A stretch of DNA of 63,717 nt, counting the filler, from Octopus bimaculoides (taxonomy: Eukaryota), in assembly GCF_001194135.2 (NCBI RefSeq). It is 4 parts of 4 records of this genome, joined end to end, with 100 filler letters (N's around TTAATTAATTAA, not from the genome) between each part and the next. Parts side by side here need not be neighbours in the genome. Positions count along the whole stretch, not along the records: positions 1 to 30,770 come from NC_069006.1; positions 30,871 to 40,849 come from NC_069010.1; 2 more parts are not named here. One strand, given 5' to 3'. This document shows positions 23,810-35,779 of this stretch, one piece after another. Within the stretch, counting starts at the first letter, position 1. Each line of letters starts with the position of its first letter. Below the pieces are notes generated by a model, which saw only the letters and a list, made by a program, of their open reading frames with translations, did no database searches and was not told the DNA's origin. A program made the translations under genes and the position numbers.

Positions 23810-24230
23810 ATTCCCCACCTGGATGGGATGCCAGTCCATCACAGGGTTACTCTCTTTTTGCCAGTTGGAGCAACATTAAATGAAGGTTTTTGCTCAAGAA
23901 CACAATGCAGCATTGCCCTGTCCAAGAATCAAAACCACAATCTTACAATCCTAACCACTTAGCCATTCCCCTCCACAAAGAAACTAGAACTAATTAGTCC
24001 ACATTACTTCCTTAAGGGGCATCTGTCTGGTTTCCGAGTTTCTCTGGCATGTATTATTCCTCCTAGGACACCAGTATGTCACAGGATAACTCATTTTTGC
24101 CAGATAGATGGACTGGAGCAATGTGAAACCTAGGGTTTTGATCAAGAGCACAATGCATCACCCAGTCCAGGAATCGAAACTGCACTCTTACAATCACAAG
24201 TCCAACACCCTAACCACTAAGCCACGCACC
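23810..24230 (-). mobile_element. Two degenerate tRNA-headed SINE copies
   Basis: CAAGAACACAATGC...GAATCAAAACCAC...CCTAACCACT and CAAGAGCACAATGC...GGAATCGAAAC...CCTAACCACTAAGCCACGC (reverse-strand A/B boxes). Confidence 0.6.
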
Positions 24231-24231
24231 T

Positions 24232-24945
24232 CTTTTACTCTTTTACTTGTTTCAGTCGTTTGGCTGCGGTCATGCTGGGGCAGCGCCTTTATAGTCAAGC
24301 AAATCGACCCCAGAGCTTATTCTTGGTAAGCCTAGTACTTATTCTATTGGTCTCTTTTGCTGAACCGCTAAGTTACAGGGATGCAAACACACCAGCATCG
24401 GTTGTCAAGCGATGCTGGTGGTGGTGGTGGTGGGGGGGACAAACATATACGCACACATACATACATACATACATATATATATATATATGTATACATATAC
24501 ACGATGGGCTTCTGTCAGTTTTCGTCTACCAAATCCACTCACAAGGCTTTGGTCGGCACAAGGCTATAGTAGAAGACACAGTCATTTGACTGTGGCCATG
24601 CTGGAGCACCACCTTTTAGTCGAACAAATCAACCCCAGAGCTTATTCTTTGTAAGCCTAGTACTTGTTCTATCAGTCTCTTTTGCCAAACCACTAAGTTA
24701 CGGGGACGTAAACACACCAACATCGGTGGTCAAGCGATGGTGGAAGGACAAACTCAGACATGCAAATGCACACACACATATATATATACGACAGGCTTCT
24801 TTCAGTTTCCATCTACCAAATCCACTCACAGGGCTTTGGTTGGCCCAAGGCTTTAGTAGAAGACACTAGGCCAAGGTGTCACACTGTGGGACTGAACCCA
24901 GAACCATGTGGTTGGGAAGCAAGCTTCTTACCACACAGCCACTCC
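24232..24945 (-). mobile_element. Two nested/tandem SINE family A copies
   Basis: The family A 3' segment occurs at 24235-24420 and again at 24580-24745; the head is at ~24870-24945. Confidence 0.85.
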
Positions 24946-25267
24946 AGTGCCATGAGTACATTTTCTAATCTTCTCTATTCTATTTCCTAAATATCCAACA
25001 TGGCCACTCCCTTGATGGTAACAGTCTCCTATCTTATTTCCTGATAACTAAGATTTTTGCCTCTGCTGGGCTGACTTCAACGTTTCCCCCTTCTCCATAC
25101 TCCCGCCCCCAAACACACGTGCATCAATCGATGGAAGTTAAAGGCCCATCATCTTTAATAAACTCATCAACTTATTATGTCACCTTTATGCATCGTTCTT
25201 CAACCCTTTACAACATCTAAATCAGATTGGACCCTGGATTACAATTTCTCTCCTGTATCTCTCTCTT

Positions 25268-25331
<64 letters not shown>

Positions 25332-26370
25332 NNNNNNNNNNNNNNNNNNNNNNNNNNNNNNNNNNNNNNNNNNNNNNNNNNNNNNNNNNNNNNNNNNNNN
25401 NNNNNNNNNNNNNNNNNNNNNNNNNNNNNNNNNNNNNNNNNNNNNNNNNNNNNNNNNNNNNNNNNNNNNNNNNNNNNNNNNNNNNNNNNNNNNNNNNNNN
25501 NNNNNNNNNNNNNNNNNNNNNNNNNNNNNNNNNNNNNNNNNNNNNNNNNNNNNNNNNNNNNNNNNNNNNNNNNNNNNNNNNNNNNNNNNNNNNNNNNNNN
25601 NNNNNNNNNNNNNNNNNNNNNNNNNNNNNNNNNNNNNNNNNNNNNNNNNNNNNNNNNNNNNNNNNNNNNNNNNNNNNNNNNNNNNNNNNNNNNNNNNNNN
25701 NNNNNNNNNNNNNNNNNNNNNNNNNNNNNNNNNNNNNNNNNNNNNNNNNNNNNNNNNNNNNNNNNNNNNNNNNNNNNNNNNNNNNNNNNNNNNNNNNNNN
25801 NNNNNNNNNNNNNNNNNNNNNNNNNNNNNNNNNNNNNNNNNNNNNNNNNNNNNNNNNNNNNNNNNNNNNTTCTCGCTCTCGCTCACTCTCTTGCTCCCCT
25901 TCCCCCATCCCTCCCCCCACTCCCATCTCCCTCCCAAGAGAAACCATTCATCATTCATCACGTCACGCTGGTACTGATGGTATGGAATAGGAAAGCTATA
26001 CGAAGCCACTGCAAAGTCTAGCCGGAGACGTTGACATTTGCTGACCATCAGTTCCACAACAGCACCATCCAATGAATGGTATCAAATTAAGCTGTAATTG
26101 ACAACATCACTGCTGTTATCATTATTATCATAGTTGCTGTTGTTGCTGTTGTTGCTGTTGTTGTCAACAATGGATCGTCGAATTAGACTTCTAATATAAT
26201 TCCATTCACATCGAGAATGTTTTATAGGAATATTAAATCAACAATTTATAGGAATATTAAACCAGCTTTTCCTTTTCTCTCGACTCGCATTGGATGACTA
26301 CAATAACTCTGCAAACCATATCTCATTAATTATAAGATTAACGAGTGTACCATTGTTCCATCTTTCACAG

Positions 26371-26534
26371 ATAATAATACATGGGGTCACTGCTCCTTTG
26401 CAGGAACTCTGTGGCCATCGGGTGGTGGTGATGATGGAGGTGGGGGCTTGCTCTCATTTGGTCCTAAATGCAAACAGCACTGACAAGATTTCTTCAAGAT
26501 TTTCCCAGCCTTAGTGCCTTGCTTCAAGAACTCT
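26371..26534 (+). pseudogene. Candidate exon (phase 1 in, phase 0 out) with one in-frame TGA at 26481
   Basis: Acceptor CCATCTTTCACAG|, donor CTCT|GTGAGC. Translates as DNNTWGHCSFAGTLWPSGGGDDGGGGLLSFGPKCKQH*QDFFKIFPALVPCFKNS. No homology recognised. Confidence 0.25.
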
Positions 26535-26610
26535 GTGAGCAGTTGTGCTTATTCCCAAGAAACGACCAATACATTGCTTTTCTTCTTTTTTTTATTTTCA
26601 TATCTTTTAG

Positions 26611-26733
26611 TCCAGAGGGAAGGCCGTAGCCATGAATCTTTACAGGGTCTCCAAGACTGGATGGAGGGTGGTTGGAGATATCCGCAAACCAGAGTCCCAG
26701 CTTGAATGCTTGCGACAGCGTAGACCCTACTGA
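26611..26733 (+). CDS. Candidate exon after a 76-nt intron (SRGKAVAMNLYRVSKTGWRVVGDIRKPESQLECLRQRRPY*)
   Basis: Long pyrimidine tract TTTTCTTCTTTTTTTTATTTTCATATCTTTTAG|; phase 0 matches the upstream donor. Confidence 0.3.
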   Translation, partial: SRGKAVAMNLYRVSKTGWRVVGDIRKPESQLECLRQRRPY

Positions 26734-26755
26734 AGGCATCAAAGGGCCAGTTAGT

Positions 26756-27020
26756 AATGTTAAACCAAGCAACAGCCGACTGAACACTGCCAAAAATACC
26801 CCAAGTGACAGATGGAGATGTTAAACCAGATAACAATAAAGTGGACCCAGCTAAAGGTACACATGGCAACAGGGGAGTGATGATAAACCACATAACAAGA
26901 GAGTGGACTCTACTAAAAGCACCAAGGATCAGGTGGGGATGTTAAACCAGATGACAACAGAATGAAATCTGCTAGAGGCAGCAGAGGGTCAGCTGCTGAT
27001 GTTAAACCAGGTAACAAGAG
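26756..27020 (+). repeat. Degenerate ~60-nt tandem repeat with a peptide-like pattern (D/N-V-K-P-x-N...)
   Basis: Units start at 26756, 26817, 26879, 26938 and 26998 (61/62/59/60 nt). Each begins (A/G)ATG(T/A)TAAACCA. Confidence 0.85.
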
Positions 27021-27347
27021 GAGTACATTTAATAATGTAGTCTCAGATACACAATGCCTAACAGTAGGACGTAGAAATTATGATTGTATTACCTTTAATG
27101 ATATACCTGCTTGTTCAGATGCTATCTTATGCCACCAACATCTAGTTTATCTTACTTTATCCATTAAGCATCTTATAACCATTCCAACTACATATATATC
27201 AGTGACCAGAGAATGTTATGGAACCCAGGCTGTTGTTTGACATTGTCATCACATCTTGGGCCACCAATATCTCATCTATCATACTGGAACATTTCATATC
27301 TCTTTACCCTTCATACTATATATATGTGTGTGTGTGTGTGTGTACAC

Positions 27348-27380
<33 letters not shown>

Positions 27381-27421
27381 CATACATATACATATGTGTA
27401 TATATACACACATATATATAC

Positions 27422-27472
<51 letters not shown>

Positions 27473-27665
27473 NNNNNNNNNNNNNNNNNNNNNNNNNNNN
27501 NNNNNNNNNNNNNNNNNNNNNNNNNNNNNNNNNNNNNNNNNNNNNNNNNNNNNNNNNNNNNNNNNNNNNNNNNNNNNNNNNNNNNNNNNNNNNNNNNNNN
27601 NNNNNNNNNNNNNNNNNNNNNNNNNNNNNNNNNNNNNNNNNNNNNNNNNNNNNNNNNAAACATAT

Positions 27666-27714
<49 letters not shown>

Positions 27715-27716
<2 letters not shown>

Positions 27717-27882
27717 TACGACAGGCTTCTTTCAGTTTCCGTCTACCAAATCCACTCACAAGGCTTTGGTTGGCCCGAAGCTATAATAGAAGACACTTGC
27801 CCAAGGTGCCATGCAGTGGGACTGAACCCGGAACCATGTGGTTGGTAAGCAAGCTACTTACCACACAGCCACTCCTGCGCCT
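27715..27882 (-). mobile_element. SINE family A, 5' half, low divergence
   Basis: GGGACTGAACCCGGAACCATGTGGTTGGTAAGCAAGCTACTTACCACACAGCCACTCCTGCGCCT. Confidence 0.9.
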
Positions 27883-28244
27883 ATATATATATATATATAT
27901 ATGGGAACATAAAACTCTGTGTAGCAGTTTTGGGTGATATTTTTTTGATGTTTTTCAGCTTTTATACACACACATATATTGTGAAGGTGAGTGGCCTAGT
28001 GGTTAGGGTACGGTGTTGCACTCACAAGCAAGCGATCATGGGTTTGATTCCCACATTGGGCGGCACATTGTGTTCTTGAGCAAAACGCTTCATTTCACAT
28101 AGTTCCACTCCCACTTTCAATCGGGGTTGGGGTAATGTTGGCCTGCTCGCGTAGCCAGCTGGGTGACATCATTCGAGGGCTAAAACAATGCAAAGCGCAT
28201 TGTGACAGGCAATGTGTGACAACATCTGATAGTCTGATCGGTCA

Positions 28245-28830
28245 CATGGTCACATGGAAATATGCTGTGCGTGAGAAGACCTGGCAAGCCAAGTGAGATC
28301 AAGATCCAAGGCCTCTGCCAGGGGTGTAGCCAGCCCACTTATGCATACCTTTCCTTCATTGGACACTAAACTCTGCTTGTAAAGACCTGTTGAGGCAAGT
28401 GAATTTGAAATCAAACTAAATTCGATGACTGGCCCCCGTGCCAACGTCTCCTTCATTGGACACTAAACTCGGCTTGCGAAGATCTGTTGGGGCAAGTGAA
28501 AGCAAAATCGTGATGGCACCTGTACCAGAGGAGCGCTAAGAGCACTGTTCAAGCATGATCGTTACCAGCATCGTCTTCCTGGCACTTGTGCTGGTGGCAC
28601 GTGAAAAGACATTCGAGCGAGATCGTTGCCAGTGTCGCTGGACTATGCAGGTGGCACGTAAAATACACCATTTTGAGCATGGCCGTTGCCAGTACCACCT
28701 GACTGGCCTTCGTGCAGGTGGCACGTAAAAGCACCCACTTCACTCTCGGAGTGGTTGGCGTTAGGAAGGGCATCCAGCTGTAGAAACTCTGCCAAATCAG
28801 ATTGGAGCTTGGTGCAGCCCAGATGGCTGC
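28245..28830 (+). mobile_element. Repeat family C long copy: probable RTE-LINE ORF end plus 3' UTR with internal tandem duplications
   Basis: Begins VTWKYAVREKTWQAK*. Contains an ~95-bp duplication (CCTTCATTGGACACTAAACTC...GGCAAGTGAA x2) and 3-4 units ending GGTGGCACGT(G/A)AAA, then GGTTGGCGTTAGGAAGGGCATCCAGC. The RTE assignment is inference. Confidence 0.6.
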
Positions 28831-29372
28831 ACCAAGGTGTATGTGTGTAGGTGTGGTCCCAGGATATGGTGCAACTCAGGTTGTCATGTGCCTTTAAATG
28901 ACCTCATTATTTCAACAAACTCTTGGAAAACCGAGAATCTTTATCAAAGCTGGTCATTCTAATATGTCTCGTAGATCAGGTTGCATTGTCTTTCATTAGC
29001 AGTAATTACATATTTAATTATTCATAAATTTATTACTCTAATGTGCAAACACTCTTTTCTTTTTATAGAGTTTATTGTTATTTTAGCTGAATAAGAATAA
29101 AGCAGGTCATGTGACAGACAATTTTCAACAGTCTTACACTGTTGTGTGTGTGTGTGTGTGTGTTAAGTCATGTTCTTATATAGATGGGTATGTGTGTGTT
29201 AAAGCATATTCGTATATAGATGCATGTGTGTGTGTGTGTTAAGGCACATTCGTATATAGATGCATGTGTGTGTGTGTGTTAAGGCATATTCTTAACACAC
29301 AACCATGTGGTTGGTAAGCAAGCTACTTACCACACAGCCACTCCTGCGCCTATGAAAACATTCTAATAATTT

Positions 29373-29543
29373 GTGAAGTATATTTACCACCTAAATGTGG
29401 CTTATCCTTAAGGGTTGATGCTACTGTAGCTTGTGGCCCCAGGAAGACATCTTCTCCAGCTGGCTATTGACACACTATCTGTGCCTTATAAGTAGGGTTA
29501 GCCCTTAAGGGTTAGCCACATTTAGGGGGCAAATATACTTCAC
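29373..29543. mobile_element. Small MITE-like element with 42-bp terminal inverted repeats
   Basis: 29373-29414 versus the reverse complement of 29502-29543: 38/42 identical. No clear TSD. Confidence 0.7.
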
Positions 29544-29771
29544 GATGTGCAGCTACTGTTTATAACTCACTCAGAGATTTATTATTCTAATAATTGATAA
29601 TCAAAAACCTTCTCAGTTGAAATACTGATGATGCCTATGATATGTGTGTGTGTGTGTGTACATGTATATATATGTGTGTATATATATATATTTAAACAAT
29701 GATGATATATACACATGCATTTATATATATATATTCATGTATATGTATATATATATGTTTGTATAAATATA

Positions 29772-30184
29772 TATCATAAATCCTTGAGTATAGTCCGCCC
29801 TTGAGTATAATACATGGGATTTTTAGGGGGCTGTACCTCTGCAAAACCTAAACCTTGTGTATAATATGCACCCCTTCTCTAACTTGAGTCAAGGAGGTCT
29901 ATATAACGTCCTTGGTTTGTAAACGTATATATGGTAACGTCCTTTATTATTATTATTGTATATATAATTTAATGCAAACGTGTAGCTGTTTTGTGCACTT
30001 TGCAGAAAATAAAGAAATAACAGTAATAACGTCAGTGAAAAATAAATATTAAGTAAATTGCTTTTACATATTTATCACTTAGAAAATTTTGCTTAGAAAA
30101 TATTTTTCATTTTTAACCACACTAGAAATTTTGACCTTTAAATTTTGGGAAAAAAGTGCGGGTTATACTCGAGGATTTACGATA
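29772..30184. mobile_element. Tc2/pogo-like MITE with ~27-bp TIRs and TA flanks
   Basis: Left TATCATAAATCCTTGAGTATAGTCCGC; right GCGGGTTATACTCGAGGATTTACGATA (reverse complement TATCGTAAATCCTCGAGTATAACCCGC). Confidence 0.75.
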
Positions 30185-30415
30185 TGTGTGTGTGTGTATA
30201 TATACATACACACACACATATACATGCACACATACACATATATATATATGCATATTTGTATGTGTGTGTGTATATATATATGTGTATACACACACACACA
30301 TGTATGTATAGTGAAAAGTATCAATGAAAAAATTTTTTTGTTCACATAGTAAATTGTATTGAAAAATATAAAAAGAAGGAAAATGCTCAGAATTTTTATG
30401 AAAAATGATATTTAC

Positions 30416-30585
30416 ATAGCCGACCGGTTTCATTAGTACTAATCGTGATCAAGAAATTAATGATGATGATACAATTACATGCTATCATAAGGTTCCATTC
30501 CATGTTAGTAGGAGGAAGGATATTTTTATTCCGCAGTCTTTTCTTCATCCCTTGCTATCGTCTTAGCCTCAAAGAAGGACTCTGT
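30416..30585 (-). CDS. Candidate exon with start codon and signal-peptide/anchor-like N-terminus (MKKRLRNKNILPPTNMEWNLMIACNCIIIINFLITISTNETGRL, phase-1 donor)
   Basis: Acceptor AATATTTTCAG|, in-frame upstream TAG, ATG at 30548, donor CTAT|GTAAAT. No homology recognised. Confidence 0.3.
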
Positions 30586-30715
30586 CTGAAAATATTGGAT
30601 AGTCTACCCCCACCCATGGCAATTTCATTTTATTCTGCTGTCTGTTGTATGTTCTAAATAATAGAAATCTTAATGAGGTACACCATCTCCAGCTTCATTG
30701 TATTCTGATTTATAA

Positions 30716-30770
<55 letters not shown>

Positions 30771-31060
30771 NNNNNNNNNNNNNNNNNNNNNNNNNNNNNN
30801 NNNNNNNNNNNNNNTTAATTAATTAANNNNNNNNNNNNNNNNNNNNNNNNNNNNNNNNNNNNNNNNNNNNGTTCAATAATTAGCATTCTAATACGTTTCC
30901 CGCCATTGTCACCAAGTGAGTTTATGGCACTTCCGGTGAGATGGTGGTTATCTCAGCACACACGCACATACACACACATAGATTCACTCACATACACACA
31001 CACACTCACATACACACATACAAATACACATAGCAAACACAGAGAAATACACAGATATAG

Positions 31061-31112
<52 letters not shown>

Positions 31113-32134
31113 TTGCAATTACACATACATACATAGACACAGATCAACTCACACACACACACACACACATATAGAAACACATACACCCACAAACAAACTC
31201 ATACATACACATACACACATACATATACATATCTATGCATATATGTCCGCATACACAGACGTACACATATACGCATACATACACACAAATATACCACATA
31301 CAAATACCTGCCCACACACACATACACACACACACACACACATATATATACATAGATACACACACATACACACATAAATACGTACACACGTATACATATA
31401 CACACTCACATACACTTATAAACATTGAGATACACATACACACACACACACACATACACGCACATACACACATATGTATACACACACACATATGTATACA
31501 CACACATACACACCCACATTACACATATACACTGAAATATACCGGTAATGGTTGTGCTTGCCTTGGTGATAACAGTTGTGCAGTGGTTGAAATGGTAGTG
31601 TTGAGGTGATGGAATCTGGTATGCTTTCCCCACTCTCGGGAAAGCATGGGTGGGGTGTGAGTTAGGCTGCGGGTGGGGGTACAGGTAGAGGTATGTGGCT
31701 AATGAAGTCCATTACTTGATTGTTTTTTCTTTTGCCCTTTCCGTTTCTTTATATACCCATGTGTATAATTGTGCGGTAACCTAACGAACAGACTATTCTC
31801 ACAACATTTCATGGAAGGTTTATATACACACGAATACAGGCGTGGTCATGGCTGTGTGCTTAAGACGTTCGCTTTGCAATCCTGTGGTTTCGGCGGGTTC
31901 AGTCTCATTGCGTTGAAACTCAGAAAAGTGTCTTCTATGGCCTTGCTCCGACCAAAGCCTTGTTACTGGATTTGATGGACGGAAATTGAAGGAAGCCCGT
32001 CGTATGTAAATATCTCTGTGTGTGTGTCCACCGAAAGATTCACAACTAGAGTCGACTAATTTGATTAAAATGCTTCGAGTCAGTGCCCCAGTATGGCCGC
32101 AGTTTAAACGATTGAAACTAGTTCAACAAGCTAG

Positions 32135-32590
32135 GCGCGAGAGTGGCTGTGTGATAAGTAGCTTGCTTACCAACCACATGGTTCCGGGTTCATTCCCACT
32201 GCGTGGCACCTTGGGCAAGTGTCTTCTACTATAGCCTCGGGCCGACCAAAGCCTTGTGAGTGGATTTGGTAGACGGAAACTGAAAGAAGCCCGTCATATA
32301 TATATGTATATTTAGTATATTTATATGTGTGTTTATGTGTCTGTGTTTGTCCCCTCCCCAACATCGCTTGACAACCGATGCTGGTGTGTTTACGTCCCCG
32401 TAACTTAGCGGTTCGGCAAAAGAGACCGATATAATAAGTACTAGGCTTCCAAAGANNNNNNNNNNCAAAAGAGACCGATATAATAAGTACTAGGCTTCCA
32501 AAGAATAAGTCCTGGGGTCGATTTGCTCGACTATAAATGCGGTGCTCCAGCATGGCCGCAGTCAAATGACTGAAACAGGTAAAAGAGTAA
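32135..32590 (+). mobile_element. SINE family A, full length, plus orientation
   Basis: AGGCGCGAGAGTGGCTGTGTGATAAGTAGC...GCTCCAGCATGGCCGCAGTCAAATGACTGAAACAGGTAAAAGAGTA; ~45 bp is duplicated across a small gap. Confidence 0.9.
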
Positions 32591-33720
32591 GCTAGACTAT
32601 ACACCTACTCTATTGTTATTACGGCATAATATTACTGCTGCTACTACTACTACTACTACTGCTGCTAAGACCGCTACCACTACGACAACTACTACTACTA
32701 CTGCATCAAAAGAACCACTACAGCTATCACCATGACACCCTTACTCTCACTGCCACCACTATCTCCTCCACCACCACCACCACCACCACTATCTCCTCCA
32801 CCACCACCACCACTATCTCCTCCACCACCACCACTATCTCCTCCACCACCACCACCACNNNNNNNNNNNNNNNNNNNNNNNNNNNNNNNNNNNNNNNNNN
32901 NNNNNNNNNNNNNNNNNNNNNNNNNNNNNNNNNNNNNNNNNNNNNNNNNNNNNNNNNNNNNNNNNNNNNNNNNNNNNNNNNNNNNNNNNNNNNNNNNNNN
33001 NNNNNNNNNNNNNNNNNNNNNNNNNNNNNNNNNNNNNNNNNNNNNNNNNNNNNNNNNNNNNNNNNNNNNNNNNNNNNNNNNNNNNNNNNNNNNNNNNNNN
33101 NNNNNNNNNNNNNNNNNNNNNNNNNNNNNNNNNNNNNNNNNNNNNNNNNNNNNNNNNNNNNNNNNNNNNNNNNNNNNNNNNNNNNNNNNNNNNNNNNNNN
33201 NNNNNNNNNNNNNNNNNNNNNNNNNNNNNNNNNNNNNNNNNNNNNNNNNNNNNNNNNNNNNNNNNNNNNNNNNNNNNNNNNNNNNNNNNNNNNNNNNNNN
33301 NNNNNNNNNNNNNNNNNNNNNNNNNNNNNNNNNNNNNNNNNNNNNNNNNNNNNNNNNNNNNNNNNNNNNNNNNNNNNNNNNNNNNNNNNNNNNNNNNNNN
33401 NNNNNNNNNNNNNNNNNNNNNNNNATGTGCAATAAAACGCACATGTACACGAATGAGTGTAGGCATGTGTGTGCGTGAGTGAATGGGAAGAGGTGAGTTT
33501 ATGTATCTTTAAAAGTATATAAATGGCGGTGTGGGGGGTGGGGTGCTGACAAGTTCCTGGCTTTGGGTAAAAGAAAATACTGAAGTACTGGGGTCGGTGT
33601 AATCCGGCTTATCCCCACCCACGAAACTGCTGGCCTTGTGCCAAAATTCGAAATCAATATATGTAACAGCTACTATTCGTTCTCTGCCTCCTCCGTTTGT
33701 TTACTCACCCGCCTATGCAT

Positions 33721-33765
<45 letters not shown>

Positions 33766-33799
33766 ACTTAGATAAAACTTTGATATGTTTCGACCAAAG

Positions 33800-34060
33800 A
33801 TTGGTCCAGGCCAAGTTTAACTTAATAGCACCACCTGATAGGATTATCTAAATCCTTTTAAAGCCAAGTTTTGCGGTATCATGGTCCACTCAAGTAGTGA
33901 GTTCTTGTTGAGTGAGTTGTATCCAGGTATGGGTGGCGTATCTGATATTCCTTGAAGAAATTTGTCCAGACTCCGTTTAAAGGTGATGGGATCCTTTTCC
34001 TCTTTGATCAGTTTTGGGACAATATTAAACAGGGCAGGGCCTGTTGAGGAAAAGAAATTG
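33800..34060 (-). mobile_element. CR1-group LINE 3' end
   Basis: HNFFSSTGPALFNIVPKLIKEEKDPITFKRSLDKFLQGISDTPPIPGYNSLNKNSL on the minus strand. Confidence 0.75.
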
Positions 34061-34294
34061 TGGCCCGGTGAATGACATTACATATTTTTCATTATTGGCG
34101 TAAACTTGACTTACAGCTGTTTCCGGTAACCATAATAGGTTCGTTATTGATTGGTCATCAGCGTTCTGCTTGTTAATAACCAGAGATGACTCGAACGAAA
34201 GTAACATCAATTTTCTGGGTCGTTCCATTTTACTCAACCAGTCAATAGGCCGATTGAGTAGACGGATATAGATAGATAGAAGGGTAGAGAGACG

Positions 34295-34328
<34 letters not shown>

Positions 34329-34418
34329 GAAATATAGGTAAATATAGGTATAAACTTACTGTTAATAAACGTCTCGTGTGTGTAACGCACCTTTACTAAT
34401 AAATGGATGAAAAAATAC

Positions 34419-34733
34419 CTTGTAAATAAACGACAGGTGAGAATCGTATACATAGAAGATACAGGTGTATTTGTTTTGCAAGATTCCTGATGTGAAATCG
34501 CGTGTTGAAACATATATTGTTATTATTTCGGGACGGTCATTTTTTTTCTTGCCAAATAAATACACGCACTATATATTCCATTCTTCACTTCAGATCTATT
34601 ATTGTTTCTATTTTATGTTCTTTTTTTTTGGTCTCTGGAAATCGTTCGTCACACATCCTGTCGCCTCCTCAGCGTCTCTCCATCCCACGCGTCTGCTTCT
34701 GTTCTGTTTAGGTCCATTCTGTTTTTATTACAA
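34419..34733 (-). other. Candidate (5' UTR or short-ORF) exon
   Basis: Acceptor GTTGTTTTTTTATGTCCAG|, donor ACAAG|GTATTT, CpG-containing unique sequence. Confidence 0.25.
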
Positions 34734-35509
34734 CTGGACATAAAAAAACAACATTAATACAGACACACACACACACACACGTGTGTGTGTGTGTATGTGT
34801 GTGTGTGTGTGTGTGTCTGTATTTCGCCGAGGCCAGGATGAAGTCCATTGTCAAAATGGGGAAAAGTAGGTGTTATTAGCCAAAACTGTGAAATTACAAC
34901 AAATTGACTAGACCTTAGCAAACCTTTATAAGTAGAGATAATAGTACACTGGTTTTTTTTTTTTTTTGTTTTTTTTCCGTGAGACAATGTTCAATTGGAT
35001 TACCTGTTTAGTTTATGATTACCTGTTTAGTTTATTCACTTTGTGTTAGGCATTTATGGATTTATTTTATGCTCCAGGAATCGACCAGAACTTTTGTCGG
35101 ATTCAGAATAATTTCTGTGTCCCATCTCGGTGAGTACAAAAAATCTCTTTAGTTATGTTATGTTATAATATTTATATGAATTTCGAACGCTGCATTTGTG
35201 TCATGTTGAGTAATAATTTTACTTGATATTTTCTGTTAAGATAAATGTTAAAATTTGTATAAATAGCTAAAAGATGTACGAATTAATTTTTCAGGTAGCC
35301 AAATTTTTGTATTGAACAACTAACTGTAAATCTTGTCTAATGGTTACTCAACATGCTTGTATAAAGCAGTTTTGTGTGAATTTAAAGCAAACCAGCTTTT
35401 CGTTTGATTATTAAATGTTTTAACTATAATCATTGATGTAGTCTGCCAGCCTTTTTGCGTTATGAACTTTTAGTTTAAATGCTTGTTTTGACATTAGATT
35501 TATTTATGT

Positions 35510-35708
35510 TTTGGTTCAAAGTTCGAAAACCGAATTCCTACTAAAAATCTAGATTTTATGAAATCCAAATTTTCGCAATCCATGTATTTTGAAAACCAAA
35601 TTTGTGAGGTCAGTTTTTGTGTGAGGCCAATTTCGCTGAAATCAAAATTTGTGAATCCAGAGTTACGGATCCAAGTTTGTGAAATCAAGTTGAATCCGAA
35701 ATTCTGAA

Positions 35709-35712
<4 letters not shown>
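35510..35712. repeat. Degenerate ~15-nt minisatellite (GAAATCAAAATTTGT-like)
   Basis: About 9-10 imperfect units visible, e.g. GAAAACCAAATTTGT, GAGGTCAGTTTTTGT, GAAATCAAAATTTGT. Confidence 0.7.
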
Positions 35713-35777
<65 letters not shown>

Positions 35778-35779
35778 AC

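Noticed and set aside
27020-27300. Possible SECIS downstream of the TGA-containing candidate frame
   Set aside because: The ATGA motifs are not followed by a properly paired stem with apical AA and 3' GA; selenoprotein status is unsupported by eye.
28540-28740. Repeat-spacer-like units resembling a CRISPR array
   Set aside because: Eukaryotic context, degenerate units, non-unique spacers and no cas genes; it is part of a retroelement 3' UTR.
30815-30826. TTAATTAATTAA flanked by N runs (also 40894-40905 and 62263-62274)
   Set aside because: Identical 12-mer with stops in all frames, embedded in gaps: a scaffolding spacer, not biology.
32698-32858. Pro-rich / GGGGDS repeat ORF
   Set aside because: Compound CCA/CTA microsatellite running into a gap.
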